Source: Octopus sinensis | Lineage: Eukaryota | Length of the DNA: 64,000 nucleotides | Assembly: GCF_006345805.1 (NCBI RefSeq) | Contig: NC_043002.1 | Span: forward strand, 55,676,001 to 55,740,000 | Direction of reading: 5' to 3' | Part shown: piece by piece, positions 62,735 through 64,000 of the stretch | Layout of the letters: every line of letters starts with the position of its first letter | How positions within the stretch are numbered: the first letter of the stretch is position 1 | The notes under the pieces: generated by a model | Databases searched by the model: none | Told to the model about the DNA's origin: nothing | What the model saw: the letters and a program-made list of their open reading frames with translations, nothing else | Translations under genes and position numbers: made by a program

Positions 62735-64000
62735 GTAAGCATAAGATTTTTTATTTAACCCTTTAGCATTTAAACCAGCCATATCCAGCCACAAAATTCT
62801 ACCTGTCTTATGTTTAAACCAGCCAGATTCAGCCTCTCACCTACAATGTCATACTAAAAATGATATTATCAAAGTCTCATAGCTACCAGATAAGTGATTA
62901 ATTCAAAACAATATAAATAAATAAGCATTGGATTTTGACTGAGTAATCTGAATGCTAAAGGGTTATGTATTGCTAAATACTTAAAAAATCGTGGATTGGA
63001 AGGAGTAATAAAGTGACAGAGGAATTCATCATCACCATCATCTTAATCATCACCATTTAATCCTTTTGTTACCAACCTGGACCAAAAGTTTTAACCTACA
63101 ACATAAACATTTACGAAAGCCTCATGAAGACTTTGCCATCAGATTGTATGGTGAAGCTTGTCGTCACAAAACCATCAATAGTAGCAAATAAATGCATCAT
63201 GTGGCACTGTCAACAAAATGAAATCTTGCAATAAACCTAATAATTTAGAGCGGTTTGAATACGAGGGCTTAAATTTTGATTCAACACTACTTAAAATCTC
63301 ATTAGTACATTCATGAAAACACATCATTTCTCTTTGTAAATAGTGAAATACAGTATCCGACATTGTTTGATGTGATATCTGAGCTCTAAGAATTTTGTGA
63401 GATTTTTTCTACATTTTTTCTTTGGCGATTTTATTTTTCAACTTTTAAAATGGATAACAGTTTCATGCTACCAAGCAGTGATTGCAAATTTGAGGGTTTT
63501 TGAATGGAAGATATGGAGAAATCAAGCAAATATAAGCTTGTAAACTTGTTTGAAGCGATCACACCGGAAACAAACCATTACGCAGAAAGTAAAGAAACCA
63601 AGAAAAAAGATAGCTTGTGGTTTACCTGTAATTAGAGTCAGTTTGAGACAAAAGTTATGCAACAGAATTAAGAATCTTTTCTTCAATTGTATTTTAAAAA
63701 TCACATTAATATGACAAAAAATAAAAATGTTACGGTTGTTTAATGAAACCAGTGTAAAATTGTAATAATTTTAGAATTTACTTGAAATTCATAAGAGGTG
63801 TGTTTTCGTTAGAAATATAGTTAATGTCTCTTTCCATGCTGGCATGGATGGACAGTTTGACAGTAACTGGGGAGCCAGAGAACCGCACCAAGCTCCAGTC
63901 TCTGTTTTGGCACTGTTTATATAGTCTGATGCCCTTCCTAAAGCCAACCACTGTACAGGGTGTTCTGAGTGCTTTTTACATGGCACCAGCACTGGTGAAG

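Noticed and set aside
62735-64000. Next MEIOB exon (expected VIFASDVRINFD-like, phase 1)
   Set aside because: No matching sequence seen before the window end; presumed to lie downstream.

Overview
Eukaryotic, AT-rich, microsatellite-dense DNA. The SINE/LINE content and gene structure suggest an octopod cephalopod (inference, not verified). Two protein-coding genes are supported, both on the + strand. (1) A TIFA-like FHA-domain adaptor encoded by one large exon (25384-26303) whose start exon is not identified. (2) The 5' part of MEIOB: seven coding exons between 46581 and 62734, all GT-AG with consistent phases, continuing past the window end. The rest is tRNA-derived SINEs, RTE/CR1 LINE fragments, 3' ends of restriction-like-endonuclease (RLE) retroelements sitting in (TATG)n, non-autonomous Helitrons, hAT and Tc1/mariner-type MITEs, and simple repeats. 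Nearly all supplied ORFs are microsatellite or repeat artefacts. The most interesting signal is a set of type I hammerhead ribozyme motifs in at least three unrelated short repeat families that resemble Penelope pseudo-LTRs / non-LTR retrozymes. They are a canonical hammerhead at 3925-3969 in a ~350-bp monomer, one at 11469-11519 in an ~830-bp-arm palindrome, and a rare compensated U3:A8 core variant in a ~363-bp tandem/inverted array inside MEIOB intron 3 (55121-56607). Two of the array ribozymes are sense to the MEIOB pre-mRNA and two are antisense. Copies of these families show compensatory base changes, sit in (TA)n tracts and repeatedly carry inversions. All structures were read by eye; nothing was computed or searched.
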